This document shows positions 20,229 through 30,037 of a DNA stretch of 64,000 nt, one piece after another. The stretch spans positions 15,561-79,560 of IMG/VR virus record IMGVR_UViG_3300024324_000425; one strand, written 5' to 3'. A program made the translations under genes and the position numbers. Every line of letters starts with the position of its first letter. Position 1 is the first letter of the stretch. The stretch comes from a virus. The notes beneath the pieces are model-generated. The model ran no database searches, was not told the DNA's origin, and saw only the letters and a program-made list of their open reading frames with translations.

Positions 20229-20600
20229 ATGTCATGTCACTCTAAGTGGTGTTTATGGATAACAGCTATGTCTCAACTAACAGTGGCTTCTGTTATTGTA
20301 TATGCAGGTCTTGTAGTTGGTTCTCACATGGAATCTTGGACCAAATCATTTAAACAAGGCTCTGACGATTTACATTCAATTAGAATTAATATGAATTCAA
20401 TGACTTATTCAATGGAGTCTATCAATACAGATATGACAACGATGAATAATACAACTCTAGCAATGGAGAAACATATCCACGAGTTAAATGATAACATCAC
20501 GGTGATCAACAAACAAATGTATTTAATGAATGGATCGGTTAGCAACATGGCCAACAAATTCTCACCGAGAGGTATGGCAAGAAGTTTTATGCCTTTTTAA
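20229..20600 (+). CDS. Met-rich single-TM coiled-coil protein
   Basis: N-terminal TM segment, heptad Met repeats, C-terminal RSFMPF. Confidence 0.6.
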   Translation: MSCHSKWCLWITAMSQLTVASVIVYAGLVVGSHMESWTKSFKQGSDDLHSIRINMNSMTYSMESINTDMTTMNNTTLAMEKHIHELNDNITVINKQMYLMNGSVSNMANKFSPRGMARSFMPF

Positions 20601-20604
20601 GTGA

Positions 20605-20612
20605 TATAAATA
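20605..20612 (+). promoter_or_regulatory. late promoter before uvsY/uvsW
   Basis: TATAAATA. Confidence 0.6.
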
Positions 20613-20636
20613 AAACTATATTATGAAGGTTATATT

Positions 20637-21083
20637 ATGGACATACAAGAAATACTTGACATGTGGGAAAAAGATGGAGTCATCGACCAGTTTAAATTAG
20701 ACGACACAACAATCAAAAACGCTACATTGCACTCAAAATACTTGAGTCTTATTACCGTAGCCAAACTCAAAAAGAAAACAATACAGCAATCATATGATAA
20801 CCTACTTAAAGATAAGTGGTTGTATTATAATGGGAAGATGTCGCAATCTGAAATGGATATTAGAAAATGGGATTACGACCCGTTCAATGGACTTAACAAA
20901 CCACTCAAAGGTGATCTAAATCATTGGTATAATTCAGATAAGGATATACAAAAGAGCCAGGCTGAACTAGAGTACTATAAAGTTATTATAGAAACACTAA
21001 AAGAGATATTAGATGCTATAAAATGGAGACATTCTCAAATAAAGAATATCATTGAATGGCGGAAGTTTGAGGCGGGCGTGTGA
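20637..21083 (+). CDS. uvsY: recombination mediator UvsY
   Basis: MWEKD..ID, LHSKYL, KWLYYNGK, IKNIIEWRKFEAG. Confidence 0.92.
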   Translation: MDIQEILDMWEKDGVIDQFKLDDTTIKNATLHSKYLSLITVAKLKKKTIQQSYDNLLKDKWLYYNGKMSQSEMDIRKWDYDPFNGLNKPLKGDLNHWYNSDKDIQKSQAELEYYKVIIETLKEILDAIKWRHSQIKNIIEWRKFEAGV

Positions 21084-22546
21084 TTGATATAAAGTTAGAA
21101 AAGATTGACGAAGCATATTTAAGAGTTATCTCTGATGATAGGGGTATCATGATGGAGCTGTCTGAGTTCTTTACCTTCTTCGTTCCCGGTTACAAACATA
21201 TGCCGGCATTTAAGAATAAGATGTGGGACGGCAAGTTACGCTTACTTGATTTAAGAACTAATAAGATATACAGCGGACTACAAAAGTATATAGAACAATT
21301 CTGTATTGAACGTAACTATTCAATTGAAGTACCGTACCAAGAACCATTTGATGATAATATAGATTGGGTGGATCTATTACCGCTAGGTAATATTAAACCT
21401 AGAGATTACCAGAAAGATGCAGTCAAATATGGATTGAGTAATCGTAAAGGACTGTTGGTAAGTCCTACAGCTTCAGGCAAATCTTTAATCATATACCTGT
21501 TAATTCGATACTTCATGGAATATAATAAGAGTAAGAAGATATTGCTTATTGTACCTACAACATCACTTGTTAAACAAATGTATGGTGACTTTGCTGATTA
21601 TTCCAAGGATGACGAAACGTTTAATCCTAATGTATGTCACCAAATCATGGCTGGTATTGACAAGAATGCAGATACACAAATCTATATCAGTACGTGGCAA
21701 TCCATATACAAGATGCCTAAAGAATATTTTCAACAATTTGGTATGGTGATAGGAGATGAAGCACATAACTTTAAAGCTAAATCACTAACATCTATTCTTA
21801 CGAAGTGTTCTAATGCTGAGTATAGATTCGGTTTAACCGGTACACTTGATGGTACACAAACGCATAAGCTAGTATTAGAAGGTTTGTTCGGGCCTGTATA
21901 TAATGTTACAAGTACCAAAGCATTGATTGATGACAATCACTTATCAGATTTAGATATTGAAGTGGTGCTCTTGAAGCATCCTGAGGAAATGTGTAAGGTA
22001 ATATCCAAGTTAAAATATCCTGATGAAATCTCGCACATTGTCTCTTATGATCCTCGCAATAAATTTATTAAGAATCTAGCATTAGATCAGAAGGGTAATA
22101 CATTAGTTCTATTTCAATTTGTAGAGAAGCATGGCATACCATTACATAAGATGATTGCTGATGCAGCACATAAAGATAGAAGAATATTCTTTGTAGCAGG
22201 CATGACAGACGCAGACACACGCGAGGATATAAGAGCTATTACAGAAACTCAGAATGATGCTATTATCGTAGCAAGTTTAGGCACATTCTCCACAGGTATT
22301 AACATTAAGAATCTCCATAACATTATCTTTGCATCTCCAAGTAAGTCTCAGATCAAAGTATTACAGAGTATTGGACGTGTTCTTCGTAAATCTGCTACAG
22401 GCCAACCAGCAAAAGTATATGATATTGCTGATGATCTCCATTGGAAAAGCCGTAAAAATTATACTCTTAACCATAGTGCTGAACGGATTAAGATATATGC
22501 TAAACAGAAATTTAGATTTAAAATACACGAGGTGGAGCTATTATAA
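21080..22546 (+). CDS. uvsW: SF2 helicase UvsW
   Basis: PRDYQ, SPTASGKS, GDEAH, GLTGT, QSIGRVLR. Confidence 0.95.
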   Translation: MIDIKLEKIDEAYLRVISDDRGIMMELSEFFTFFVPGYKHMPAFKNKMWDGKLRLLDLRTNKIYSGLQKYIEQFCIERNYSIEVPYQEPFDDNIDWVDLLPLGNIKPRDYQKDAVKYGLSNRKGLLVSPTASGKSLIIYLLIRYFMEYNKSKKILLIVPTTSLVKQMYGDFADYSKDDETFNPNVCHQIMAGIDKNADTQIYISTWQSIYKMPKEYFQQFGMVIGDEAHNFKAKSLTSILTKCSNAEYRFGLTGTLDGTQTHKLVLEGLFGPVYNVTSTKALIDDNHLSDLDIEVVLLKHPEEMCKVISKLKYPDEISHIVSYDPRNKFIKNLALDQKGNTLVLFQFVEKHGIPLHKMIADAAHKDRRIFFVAGMTDADTREDIRAITETQNDAIIVASLGTFSTGINIKNLHNIIFASPSKSQIKVLQSIGRVLRKSATGQPAKVYDIADDLHWKSRKNYTLNHSAERIKIYAKQKFRFKIHEVELL

Positions 22547-22554
22547 ATACATAT

Positions 22555-22893
22555 ATGGAAGAAGATAATAAACTACCAACCACATTAGAAGAACTACCAA
22601 TCAAGTTCTTTAAATTAATGAGTGGTGAATCAATTATATCATACACACATGATGTTGATAATGAGTATTGTATCGGGTTAGAAGAACCTATGACAGTATC
22701 TACTAATACAGAACATGACTATGTTTTAACTCCTTGGATACCATTTGCCGATGGTAGAGTACATATATTAGAAGCTATGAATGTTGTTATTGAATCTCCT
22801 GTAGATACTCATATGAAGGCTCAGTATATGAAAATAGTACTTAATACTATAATAGAAGATAATATCAAACCTGAATCTAAAGTACTTCATTAA
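22555..22893 (+). CDS. conserved hypothetical protein (Sm-like fold possible)
   Basis: KLMSGESII...PW.P pattern; late promoter at 22542-22549. Confidence 0.6.
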   Translation: MEEDNKLPTTLEELPIKFFKLMSGESIISYTHDVDNEYCIGLEEPMTVSTNTEHDYVLTPWIPFADGRVHILEAMNVVIESPVDTHMKAQYMKIVLNTIIEDNIKPESKVLH

Positions 22894-22928
22894 ATATATA
22901 GTACTATCCTGGCTCGACTACTTAGTCT

Positions 22929-22958
22929 ATTATATCACACTTTACGGTAAATGTACAC
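22929..22958 (-). promoter_or_regulatory. leftward early-type promoter
   Basis: reverse complement reads GTGTAC-N18-TATAAT with extended TG. Confidence 0.7.
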
Positions 22959-23002
22959 CCTTTTATCACTTATTTTTAAAATAAAAAATAAACAGCTATT
23001 TA

Positions 23003-23032
23003 GTGTACTTTTAGTAAGAAATATGTTATAAT
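23003..23032 (+). promoter_or_regulatory. early sigma70-type promoter (gp55)
   Basis: GTGTAC-N18-TATAAT with TG extension. Confidence 0.85.
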
Positions 23033-23068
23033 AGATCTATAAACTTTATAATTAATGAGACTTATATC

Positions 23069-23647
23069 ATGACTGAAAAGATCAAACCAAGAGACAAACC
23101 CCATTACGTAAACAACAGAGACTTCTCTTATGCAGTAGTTGATTACGTCACCGCTTATAAGAAAGCTCAAGAAGACACTCCCGATAAACTCCCACAAGTA
23201 ACAGATTATATTGCTACATGTTTTATGAAAATATGTGAAGGATTAAGTCATAAACCTAACTTTGTAAGATACACTTATAGAGATGAAATGGTAATGGACG
23301 GGGTAGAGAATTGTCTTAAAGCAGTATACAACTATAATATTGAAGCTGCTACAAGAACTGGTAAGCCCAATGCATTCTCTTACTTCACTCAAATCGCTTA
23401 CTTTGCATTTGTTAGACGTATCATTAAAGAAAAGAAACAAGCCGACATTAAGTATAGATTCATGGAACAAGCAGATGTAGAACAATTCATGGTTGGCATT
23501 GATGTTAATAACCCTGTTGATAGCGCATTCATTAATACATTAAGAGAGAAGATATCTAAGATCCGTATTAAGGATGAGGCTATCAAAGAGTTTGCTAAAG
23601 AAGAAAAGGAAGTTAAGAAAAAGGGTTTGGAGTTGTTTACAGTATGA
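23069..23647 (+). CDS. gp55: late sigma factor gp55
   Basis: HYVNN, GLSHKPNFVRYTYRDEMVMDGVENC, NAFSYFTQIAYFAFVRRI.KEKKQ. Confidence 0.95.
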   Translation: MTEKIKPRDKPHYVNNRDFSYAVVDYVTAYKKAQEDTPDKLPQVTDYIATCFMKICEGLSHKPNFVRYTYRDEMVMDGVENCLKAVYNYNIEAATRTGKPNAFSYFTQIAYFAFVRRIIKEKKQADIKYRFMEQADVEQFMVGIDVNNPVDSAFINTLREKISKIRIKDEAIKEFAKEEKEVKKKGLELFTV

Positions 23648-24696
23648 AAATTGCTGTAATATCGGATACACATTGTGGTGTAAGAAACTCATCAGAAATC
23701 TTTATGCAATACCAAGAGGAATTTTATAGAGATATATTCTTCCCATATTTAAAAGAACATGATATTACTAACATCTTTCATTTAGGTGATTACTATGATC
23801 ATCGTAAGAATATTAACTTTAAAGCACTTAATCATAATAGAAAAGTATTCCTTGAACCTTTAAAGGATAATGGTATTCATATGGATATCATTCCAGGTAA
23901 TCATGATGTCTTCCATAAGAATACAAACGATCTCACCTCTTTAAAAGAGTTGTTAGGTTACTATACTGCTAATGTAAGTATTATACAAAATCCCACTGAA
24001 TTACATGGCGTACATCTTATACCGTGGATCAACCAAGAGAACTACGTTGAGTTTGTTGATTATATTAAAAAGAATAGTGGTATACTCATGGGTCATCTAG
24101 AACTTAAAGGATTCGATGTTCTTAAAGGATTTGCTGCACCACATGGCATGGATGGGACATTATTTAAACATTACGACAGTGTCTATTCAGGTCATTATCA
24201 TACACAATCTGAACACGGTAATATTAAATACCTTGGTGCTCAAATGGAGTTTACTTGGAATGATGCACATGATCCTAAATACTTTCATGTATATGATACT
24301 GAAACACATGAGATGACAGCAGTTCTTAACCCTATCACAATGTTTGAGAAGGTTTATTATGATGATACAGATATGTTCTATACCAACGGTGGATATGATG
24401 TATCATCGTTAAAGGACAAGTTTGTTAAAGTTATTGTTGAGAACAAGTGTAACCCGTATGAGTTTGACAAATTCATTGATGAGCTAGCTACAATTAATAC
24501 TCATGAGTTAAAGATCATTGAAAATTTTAAAGAGTTCCTTGGTGATAACGTTGAAACATCTCTTGAAGATGTAGAGAACACACAAGAATTAATGGAAGAC
24601 TATATCCAATCAGTTAATACAGATTTAGATAAAGGTAAACTAAAATCACTCATGAATAGCCTATATTCCGAAGCTGTAGATATGGAGATCCAATGA
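23644..24696 (+). CDS. gp47: recombination nuclease gp47 (Mre11-like)
   Basis: DTH, GDYYD, GNHD, GHL and SGHYH phosphoesterase motifs. Confidence 0.94.
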   Translation: MKIAVISDTHCGVRNSSEIFMQYQEEFYRDIFFPYLKEHDITNIFHLGDYYDHRKNINFKALNHNRKVFLEPLKDNGIHMDIIPGNHDVFHKNTNDLTSLKELLGYYTANVSIIQNPTELHGVHLIPWINQENYVEFVDYIKKNSGILMGHLELKGFDVLKGFAAPHGMDGTLFKHYDSVYSGHYHTQSEHGNIKYLGAQMEFTWNDAHDPKYFHVYDTETHEMTAVLNPITMFEKVYYDDTDMFYTNGGYDVSSLKDKFVKVIVENKCNPYEFDKFIDELATINTHELKIIENFKEFLGDNVETSLEDVENTQELMEDYIQSVNTDLDKGKLKSLMNSLYSEAVDMEIQ

Positions 24697-26402
24697 TAGC
24701 ATTTAAGAATATTACATGGAAGAATTTTTTATCAACAGGTGCTAATGAGATATCAATTGATTTGAATAGACATAAATCTACGTTAATCGTAGGACATAAC
24801 GGTGCTGGTAAATCTACTATGTTAGATGCATTATCATTTGCTTTGTTTGGTAAACCCCATAGGAATGTTAAGAAGAACCAATTGATTAACTCGGTTAACG
24901 GTAAAGGTGCTTTGGTTGAGGTAGAGTTTGAAACATCTGGTCACAAGTTTAAAATCGCAAGAGGTATTAAACCAAACATCTTTGAGATATATCAAAACGA
25001 TAAGATCATAGACCAGAGTGCTAACACTAGAGATTATCAGAAGTTCTTAGAACAAAATATCTTAAAGCTTAATCATAAGTCATTCCATCAGATTGTTGTT
25101 CTTGGGTCAAGTTCATTTGTGCCATTCATGCAATTACCACAACACCATAGGCGTGAAGTCATCGAGGACTTACTTGACGTTAATATTTTTTCTAAGATGA
25201 AGAGCATCTTAAAGGATCGTGCAACAGATACGAAAAGTCATTTTAAAGACACTAAGCTGCTATTAGATGCTGAAAAGAGTAAGATAATATATCAGCAGAA
25301 TCATGTTAATAAATTAGATAGTTTGAATAAAGCAGCTATGGCATCTAAGGCTGATGATCTATTAGATCTTGAGAAAGACTTAAAGGATTGTGCGAATGAC
25401 TTGCAGGCGAAGACAGAAGAGATGTTAGCCTTTGGTGATCTAGCAAAGATACAAAGTGACTTAAATACAAGCAATTCTGAAAAGACTAGTTTAACCCTGA
25501 ACATGGGCGAGATCAAAAGTGGCATAAAGGCCTTAGTTACGAAGAGCAGGTTCTTTGAGGCAAATAATGAGTGTCCAACGTGCAAACAAAAGATCACAAA
25601 AGATCTTAAAATGCAACAAATGGAAGGCGTAAAGGATGCTGCAAAGGCTCTAGAAGACAGTCGTGTCCTGTGTTCACATAATATTGGCGATGTGGATAGT
25701 AACATTAGTGAGTTACACAGGTGCATCCAGGAGATCACTAGTGTAGGGTCAGAGATCAAGACTATCCAGATTAATATGCAAATGATTAATAACATGATAA
25801 CAGAACATAACAATAAGAGTTATGAGATCACTGATGTTGCTGATGATCTTGCTGAGTTAAATAGATTAAAGAAGAGTGCTGATGAGTTACGAGATACCTT
25901 CGATGAGTTATCAGATAAGATGTTATATAATGATATAGCCAGTGAGATGCTTAAAGATACTGGTATTCGTACTAAGGTTATTAAAGAGTACTTACCTGCA
26001 ATGAATATGTTAATCAATCAATATTTGCAAACACTAGACTTCTTTGTATCATTTAACTTAGATGAGAATTTCTCTGAAACTATTAAGAGTCGTCATCGAG
26101 ATTCATTTGTATATGCTAACTTCTCTGAAGGTGAGAAGCAGCGTATAGATTTAGCATTATTATTTGCATGGCGTAAGATAGCTCAAATGAAGAATTCAAC
26201 TAACACCAATTTATTAATACTTGATGAAACATTTGACTCAAGCCTAGATACAGATGGTGTCGACAATCTCATGAAAATTCTATATTCTTTAGATGAGAAT
26301 ACTAATACGTTTGTTATATCTCACAAGCCAGACTTATTAGAGTCTAAGCTTAAGTCAAAGATTGAGTTTAAAAAGCTTAATAACTTCTCTGCACTAGTGT
26401 AA
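24693..26402 (+). CDS. gp46: recombination ATPase gp46 (Rad50-like)
   Basis: GHNGAGKS, CPTC zinc hook, FSEGEK signature, LDETFD. Confidence 0.95.
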   Translation: MIAFKNITWKNFLSTGANEISIDLNRHKSTLIVGHNGAGKSTMLDALSFALFGKPHRNVKKNQLINSVNGKGALVEVEFETSGHKFKIARGIKPNIFEIYQNDKIIDQSANTRDYQKFLEQNILKLNHKSFHQIVVLGSSSFVPFMQLPQHHRREVIEDLLDVNIFSKMKSILKDRATDTKSHFKDTKLLLDAEKSKIIYQQNHVNKLDSLNKAAMASKADDLLDLEKDLKDCANDLQAKTEEMLAFGDLAKIQSDLNTSNSEKTSLTLNMGEIKSGIKALVTKSRFFEANNECPTCKQKITKDLKMQQMEGVKDAAKALEDSRVLCSHNIGDVDSNISELHRCIQEITSVGSEIKTIQINMQMINNMITEHNNKSYEITDVADDLAELNRLKKSADELRDTFDELSDKMLYNDIASEMLKDTGIRTKVIKEYLPAMNMLINQYLQTLDFFVSFNLDENFSETIKSRHRDSFVYANFSEGEKQRIDLALLFAWRKIAQMKNSTNTNLLILDETFDSSLDTDGVDNLMKILYSLDENTNTFVISHKPDLLESKLKSKIEFKKLNNFSALV

Positions 26403-26406
26403 TTCC

Positions 26407-26535
26407 ATATCTCTTTGGAGATATAGATGTATATCTCTTTGGAGATATAAAACCATATCCCTTTTTATTTCGCATTTAGTCAACATATTTTCTCCAGCTA
26501 TGGTATAATAGAACTATAAACAATAAAAAAGGAAG
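26407..26535 (+). repeat. promoter cassette copy 1 (two palindromes plus 37-bp promoter/RBS block)
   Basis: ATATCTCTTTGGAGATAT at 26407 and 26431; TATGGTATAATAGAACTATAAACAATAAAAAAGGAAG at 26499-26535. Confidence 0.85.
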
Positions 26536-26540
26536 TAGTT

Positions 26541-28679
26541 ATGAATTTACAATCACAGGATTATTTAGCTAAGTTACTCGCTAAAGAAAATCTCACAGTT
26601 CAACATGGTAACTATCAGACAGCATCGTTCGATGTAATTAATCGTGTATTAAATCTTCCACTTTGGGCAGACAAAGGTAAAGCAGTTCATGACTTACTTG
26701 TAGGACATGAAGTAGGACACGCCTTATATACACCTTCAGACGGGTGGCATGACTCTGAAAAAGAGATTCCGGGTGTACCAAGAGATATGATTAATATCAT
26801 TGAAGATATTAGAATTGAAAAGAAAATACAAGAGACTTATCCTGGTATCACTAGAGCATTCAGGCAAGGTTATAAAGTTTTGTTTGATGATAACTTATTT
26901 GGCACTGTTGGTAAAGATCTTACATCATATAACTTTATGGATAAATTAAATATTCATTCAAAGGGTAGAGGATATCACACAGTTAAATTTAATGAAACTG
27001 AACAGATGTTTGTTGATTTAGCTATGTCAGTTGATACTTGGGAAGACGTTTTAAATGCTTGTCAAGAGATTAATGATTGGTTAGCTAATAGAGAAGATTA
27101 TGCTGAAGATGAAGAACAACCAACTACAGTAGTTGCACAAGATACAAATGAACAAAGTAACTCTACTGCGGGTAGTGATAGCGAAGATCAAACTGAAGAA
27201 GACGATGAGGACAGCACAAGTCAAAGTGGCAACAAGGAAAAAAGTGTAACAGATCAAACTGAAGAAGACGATGAGGACAGCACAAGTCAAAGTGGCAACA
27301 AGGAAAAAAGTGGCAACAAGGAAAAAAGTGTAACAGATCAAGCCCAAAGAGACAATGAAAGCGAATTGCTTGATACGAACGAAGATGGTAAACAACCTTT
27401 ATATTCTTCTGGCATCTCTTATGACAATATTAAAAGATTAGTTGTTTCTTACCCACAGTTAAGAAAAGCCCGTAATGAATATGCTCCTAATTATGGTGTT
27501 TCATCATATACATGTAATGAGCTTGAACCAGAATTTGAAAAATTTCTAAAGGGTGGAATTAACAAGACTGTTAATTTGATGGCTAAAGAGTTTGAACGCA
27601 AGAAGGCTGCTTGGGAATACTCAAGAAGTACTGAAGCTAAGAAAGGTTCATTGAATATGAATAAGCTTCACCAATATCAATACTCAGAAGATATCTTTCT
27701 TACTGTTGATAGATTAGCACAAGCTAAATCACATGGCATTTTTATGTTACTTGATTTTTCAGGTTCTATGAATGGCATTTTAAGTGATGTTATTTCACAG
27801 ACAATTACTATTGCTTTGTTTTGTAAAAAGGTTAATATTCCCTTTGAAGCTTATTCATTCACAACAGGTTATAATGATAGCATTACTGATGACCATATAG
27901 GTGATAATGATATTGAAAATATTCAAGGATTGAAGTTAGTTCAAATACTTTCATCATCATTAAATAGAGTTCAATTCAAAGAGAGTATTAAACATCTCTT
28001 TGCGGTTAAATTGGCGAGATCACATGGATACTCCACCCAATCATCAACATGTCCATTAGATAGCATGGGTGGTACTCCTCTTATTCAAAGTCTTATTGCA
28101 TGTGAACCATTAATCAACGAGCTAAAAGCTAAGACTGGAATTCAGAACATGAATGTAATGATCTTAACTGACGGCATTGCAGATAGACTTAGAGTAGCTA
28201 ATCAATATCATATTGATTCTAATGATATTGATATTGATGATGTAAGAATTAAATTTGGATCTAAAATTATTTCTGGCAAGTCTCGTGCAGAGCTTACTGC
28301 AAGCACTATTAAGATTCTTGGTGAGCTCACTAAATCAACTATGATTGGATTCTTCTTAGCCACAAATAGACACGATTTTTATTATGGTTATAATACTCTT
28401 AGTGATGATCCTAGAGCTTTCCATCCTGATGGATTTAATGGACTAGTTAAAGAATTTAATAGTGTTGGTGTTATGAACTTTAAAAAGTGTGGTGGTTATG
28501 ATGATTATTTCATTGTTAAAGTTGGTAAAAAGGCTGATGATGAATTTGAAGTTAAACCTAATAAAAATGGTAATGATATTAAGATTAACGATGTTAAACG
28601 ACAGTTCAGAAGTTTTTCAAAGTCTAACAAACAATCTAAGCAATTAGTTAATAAAATCACTGATGCTGTGGCTGCATAG
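26541..28679 (+). CDS. metallopeptidase-like + acidic linker + vWA domain protein (CobT-like partner of a MoxR ATPase)
   Basis: HEVGH, EDIRIE, DFSGSM MIDAS, GGTPL, LTDG. Confidence 0.85.
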   Translation: MNLQSQDYLAKLLAKENLTVQHGNYQTASFDVINRVLNLPLWADKGKAVHDLLVGHEVGHALYTPSDGWHDSEKEIPGVPRDMINIIEDIRIEKKIQETYPGITRAFRQGYKVLFDDNLFGTVGKDLTSYNFMDKLNIHSKGRGYHTVKFNETEQMFVDLAMSVDTWEDVLNACQEINDWLANREDYAEDEEQPTTVVAQDTNEQSNSTAGSDSEDQTEEDDEDSTSQSGNKEKSVTDQTEEDDEDSTSQSGNKEKSGNKEKSVTDQAQRDNESELLDTNEDGKQPLYSSGISYDNIKRLVVSYPQLRKARNEYAPNYGVSSYTCNELEPEFEKFLKGGINKTVNLMAKEFERKKAAWEYSRSTEAKKGSLNMNKLHQYQYSEDIFLTVDRLAQAKSHGIFMLLDFSGSMNGILSDVISQTITIALFCKKVNIPFEAYSFTTGYNDSITDDHIGDNDIENIQGLKLVQILSSSLNRVQFKESIKHLFAVKLARSHGYSTQSSTCPLDSMGGTPLIQSLIACEPLINELKAKTGIQNMNVMILTDGIADRLRVANQYHIDSNDIDIDDVRIKFGSKIISGKSRAELTASTIKILGELTKSTMIGFFLATNRHDFYYGYNTLSDDPRAFHPDGFNGLVKEFNSVGVMNFKKCGGYDDYFIVKVGKKADDEFEVKPNKNGNDIKINDVKRQFRSFSKSNKQSKQLVNKITDAVAA
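27185..27341 (+). repeat. in-frame tandem duplication (66-bp unit plus nested 18-bp duplication)
   Basis: DQTEEDDEDSTSQSGNKEKS occurs twice, with SGNKEK duplicated in copy 2. Confidence 0.92.
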
Positions 28680-28726
28680 TGTGTATAACCACCAACATCA
28701 ATATATTATGTGTACACAGGACACGC

Positions 28727-28830
28727 TATCTCCAAAGGGATATAAAACCATATCTCTTTTTATTTCGCATTTAGTCTGACATCACTGTGAAACTATGGTA
28801 TAATAGAACTATAAACAATAAAAAAGGAAG
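28727..28830 (+). repeat. promoter cassette copy 2
   Basis: TATCTCCAAAGGGATATAAAACCATATCTCTTTTTATTTCGCATTTAGTC, then the identical 37-bp block at 28794-28830. Confidence 0.85.
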
Positions 28831-28836
28831 CAAAAA

Positions 28837-29979
28837 ATGAATAAAAAATTAATAGAAAAACTACAAGAGAACTTCGCTGATCAGACTGAATTATCTCCTA
28901 AGCAAGTGATTGCTGCTGGTGCTGATGTTGGTATGACTCCAGGTGAAGTGTATAAAGAACTTAACGAATTTCCAAAGATTAGACGTGGTATATACGACAT
29001 GGCTGGTGTAATGGTACCTTTCAAGACATCACAAAAGACTGCACCGGTTAAGAACATTGGTGTTTCATCAGTAAGCAACAATGAAGTATTTGTTCCAGAA
29101 CGAGATAAAACCTTCGTTCAATGGGGTAACTTTTCAGATGTATTTAAAATTATTAAATCACAAATGTTCTATCCAACATTCATTACTGGTTTGTCTGGTA
29201 ATGGTAAAACCTTCATGGTTGAACAAGCATGTGCTAAAGCTAACAGAGAATATGTAAGGGTTCAGATATCACCTGAGACTGATGAAGACGATTTGATTGG
29301 TGGCTTCAGATTGCTTAACGGTGAGACGGTGTTCCAAAAAGGTCCAGTGTTAAAAGCTATGGAAGCAGGTGCAATCCTTCTTATAGACGAGATTGATCGA
29401 GGTACTAACAAGATCATGTGCTTACAAGGTGTGTTAGAAGGCAAACCAATTCTTGTTAAAAAGACCGGTGAGGTTGTAACACCTAAAGAAGGATTCAATG
29501 TATTAGCTACGGCAAACACTAAAGGTAAAGGTTCTGATGATGGAAGATTCACAGCAGCTACAATTCTGGATGAAGCATTCTTAGAACGATTCACTATCAC
29601 TGTTGAACAGAGTTACCCAGCTCCTGCAGTTGAAAAGAAAATCATTGCAAAACACATGGAAAAATTCGAAAAGATTGATAATGAATTCAATGATTTACTT
29701 GTAGGTTGGGCAGACACGATCAGAAAGACTTTCGAAGATGGCGGTGTTGATGAGATTATCTCTACTCGCAGACTATGTCACATTGTTCAGACATTTTCAA
29801 TCTTCGGAAAAAGAGACAAGGCAATTGCTTTATGTGTTAATCGATTTGATAATGATACTAAAGAAGCTTTCCTTGATCTTTACACAAAGGTTGATGCTAC
29901 TGTGTCTGGTGTTGGTGAATATCCAAATGATACTTCAACCAGTGAGTTTGATGTTCCTTATGCTGAGTACAAAATTTAA
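28837..29979 (+). CDS. MoxR/CobS-like AAA+ ATPase
   Basis: GLSGNGKT, ETDEDDLIGG, LIDEID, TANTKG, FLERF, ISTRRL. Confidence 0.92.
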   Translation: MNKKLIEKLQENFADQTELSPKQVIAAGADVGMTPGEVYKELNEFPKIRRGIYDMAGVMVPFKTSQKTAPVKNIGVSSVSNNEVFVPERDKTFVQWGNFSDVFKIIKSQMFYPTFITGLSGNGKTFMVEQACAKANREYVRVQISPETDEDDLIGGFRLLNGETVFQKGPVLKAMEAGAILLIDEIDRGTNKIMCLQGVLEGKPILVKKTGEVVTPKEGFNVLATANTKGKGSDDGRFTAATILDEAFLERFTITVEQSYPAPAVEKKIIAKHMEKFEKIDNEFNDLLVGWADTIRKTFEDGGVDEIISTRRLCHIVQTFSIFGKRDKAIALCVNRFDNDTKEAFLDLYTKVDATVSGVGEYPNDTSTSEFDVPYAEYKI

Positions 29980-30000
29980 TTAAAAATAAACAGCAAAACG

Positions 30001-30030
30001 GTGTACTTTTGCAGCGTTTTGTGTTATAAT
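30001..30030 (+). promoter_or_regulatory. early promoter
   Basis: GTGTAC-N18-TATAAT. Confidence 0.85.
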
Positions 30031-30037
30031 AGAATCT

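Noticed and set aside
26407-26460. Tandem palindromic repeats as a possible CRISPR array
   Set aside because: Only two adjacent copies with a 6-bp spacer and no cas genes; better explained as part of the promoter cassette
26541-29979. Cobalamin biosynthesis (cobT/cobS) auxiliary genes
   Set aside because: No cobN or other cob genes; a generic MoxR-vWA pair is the simpler reading
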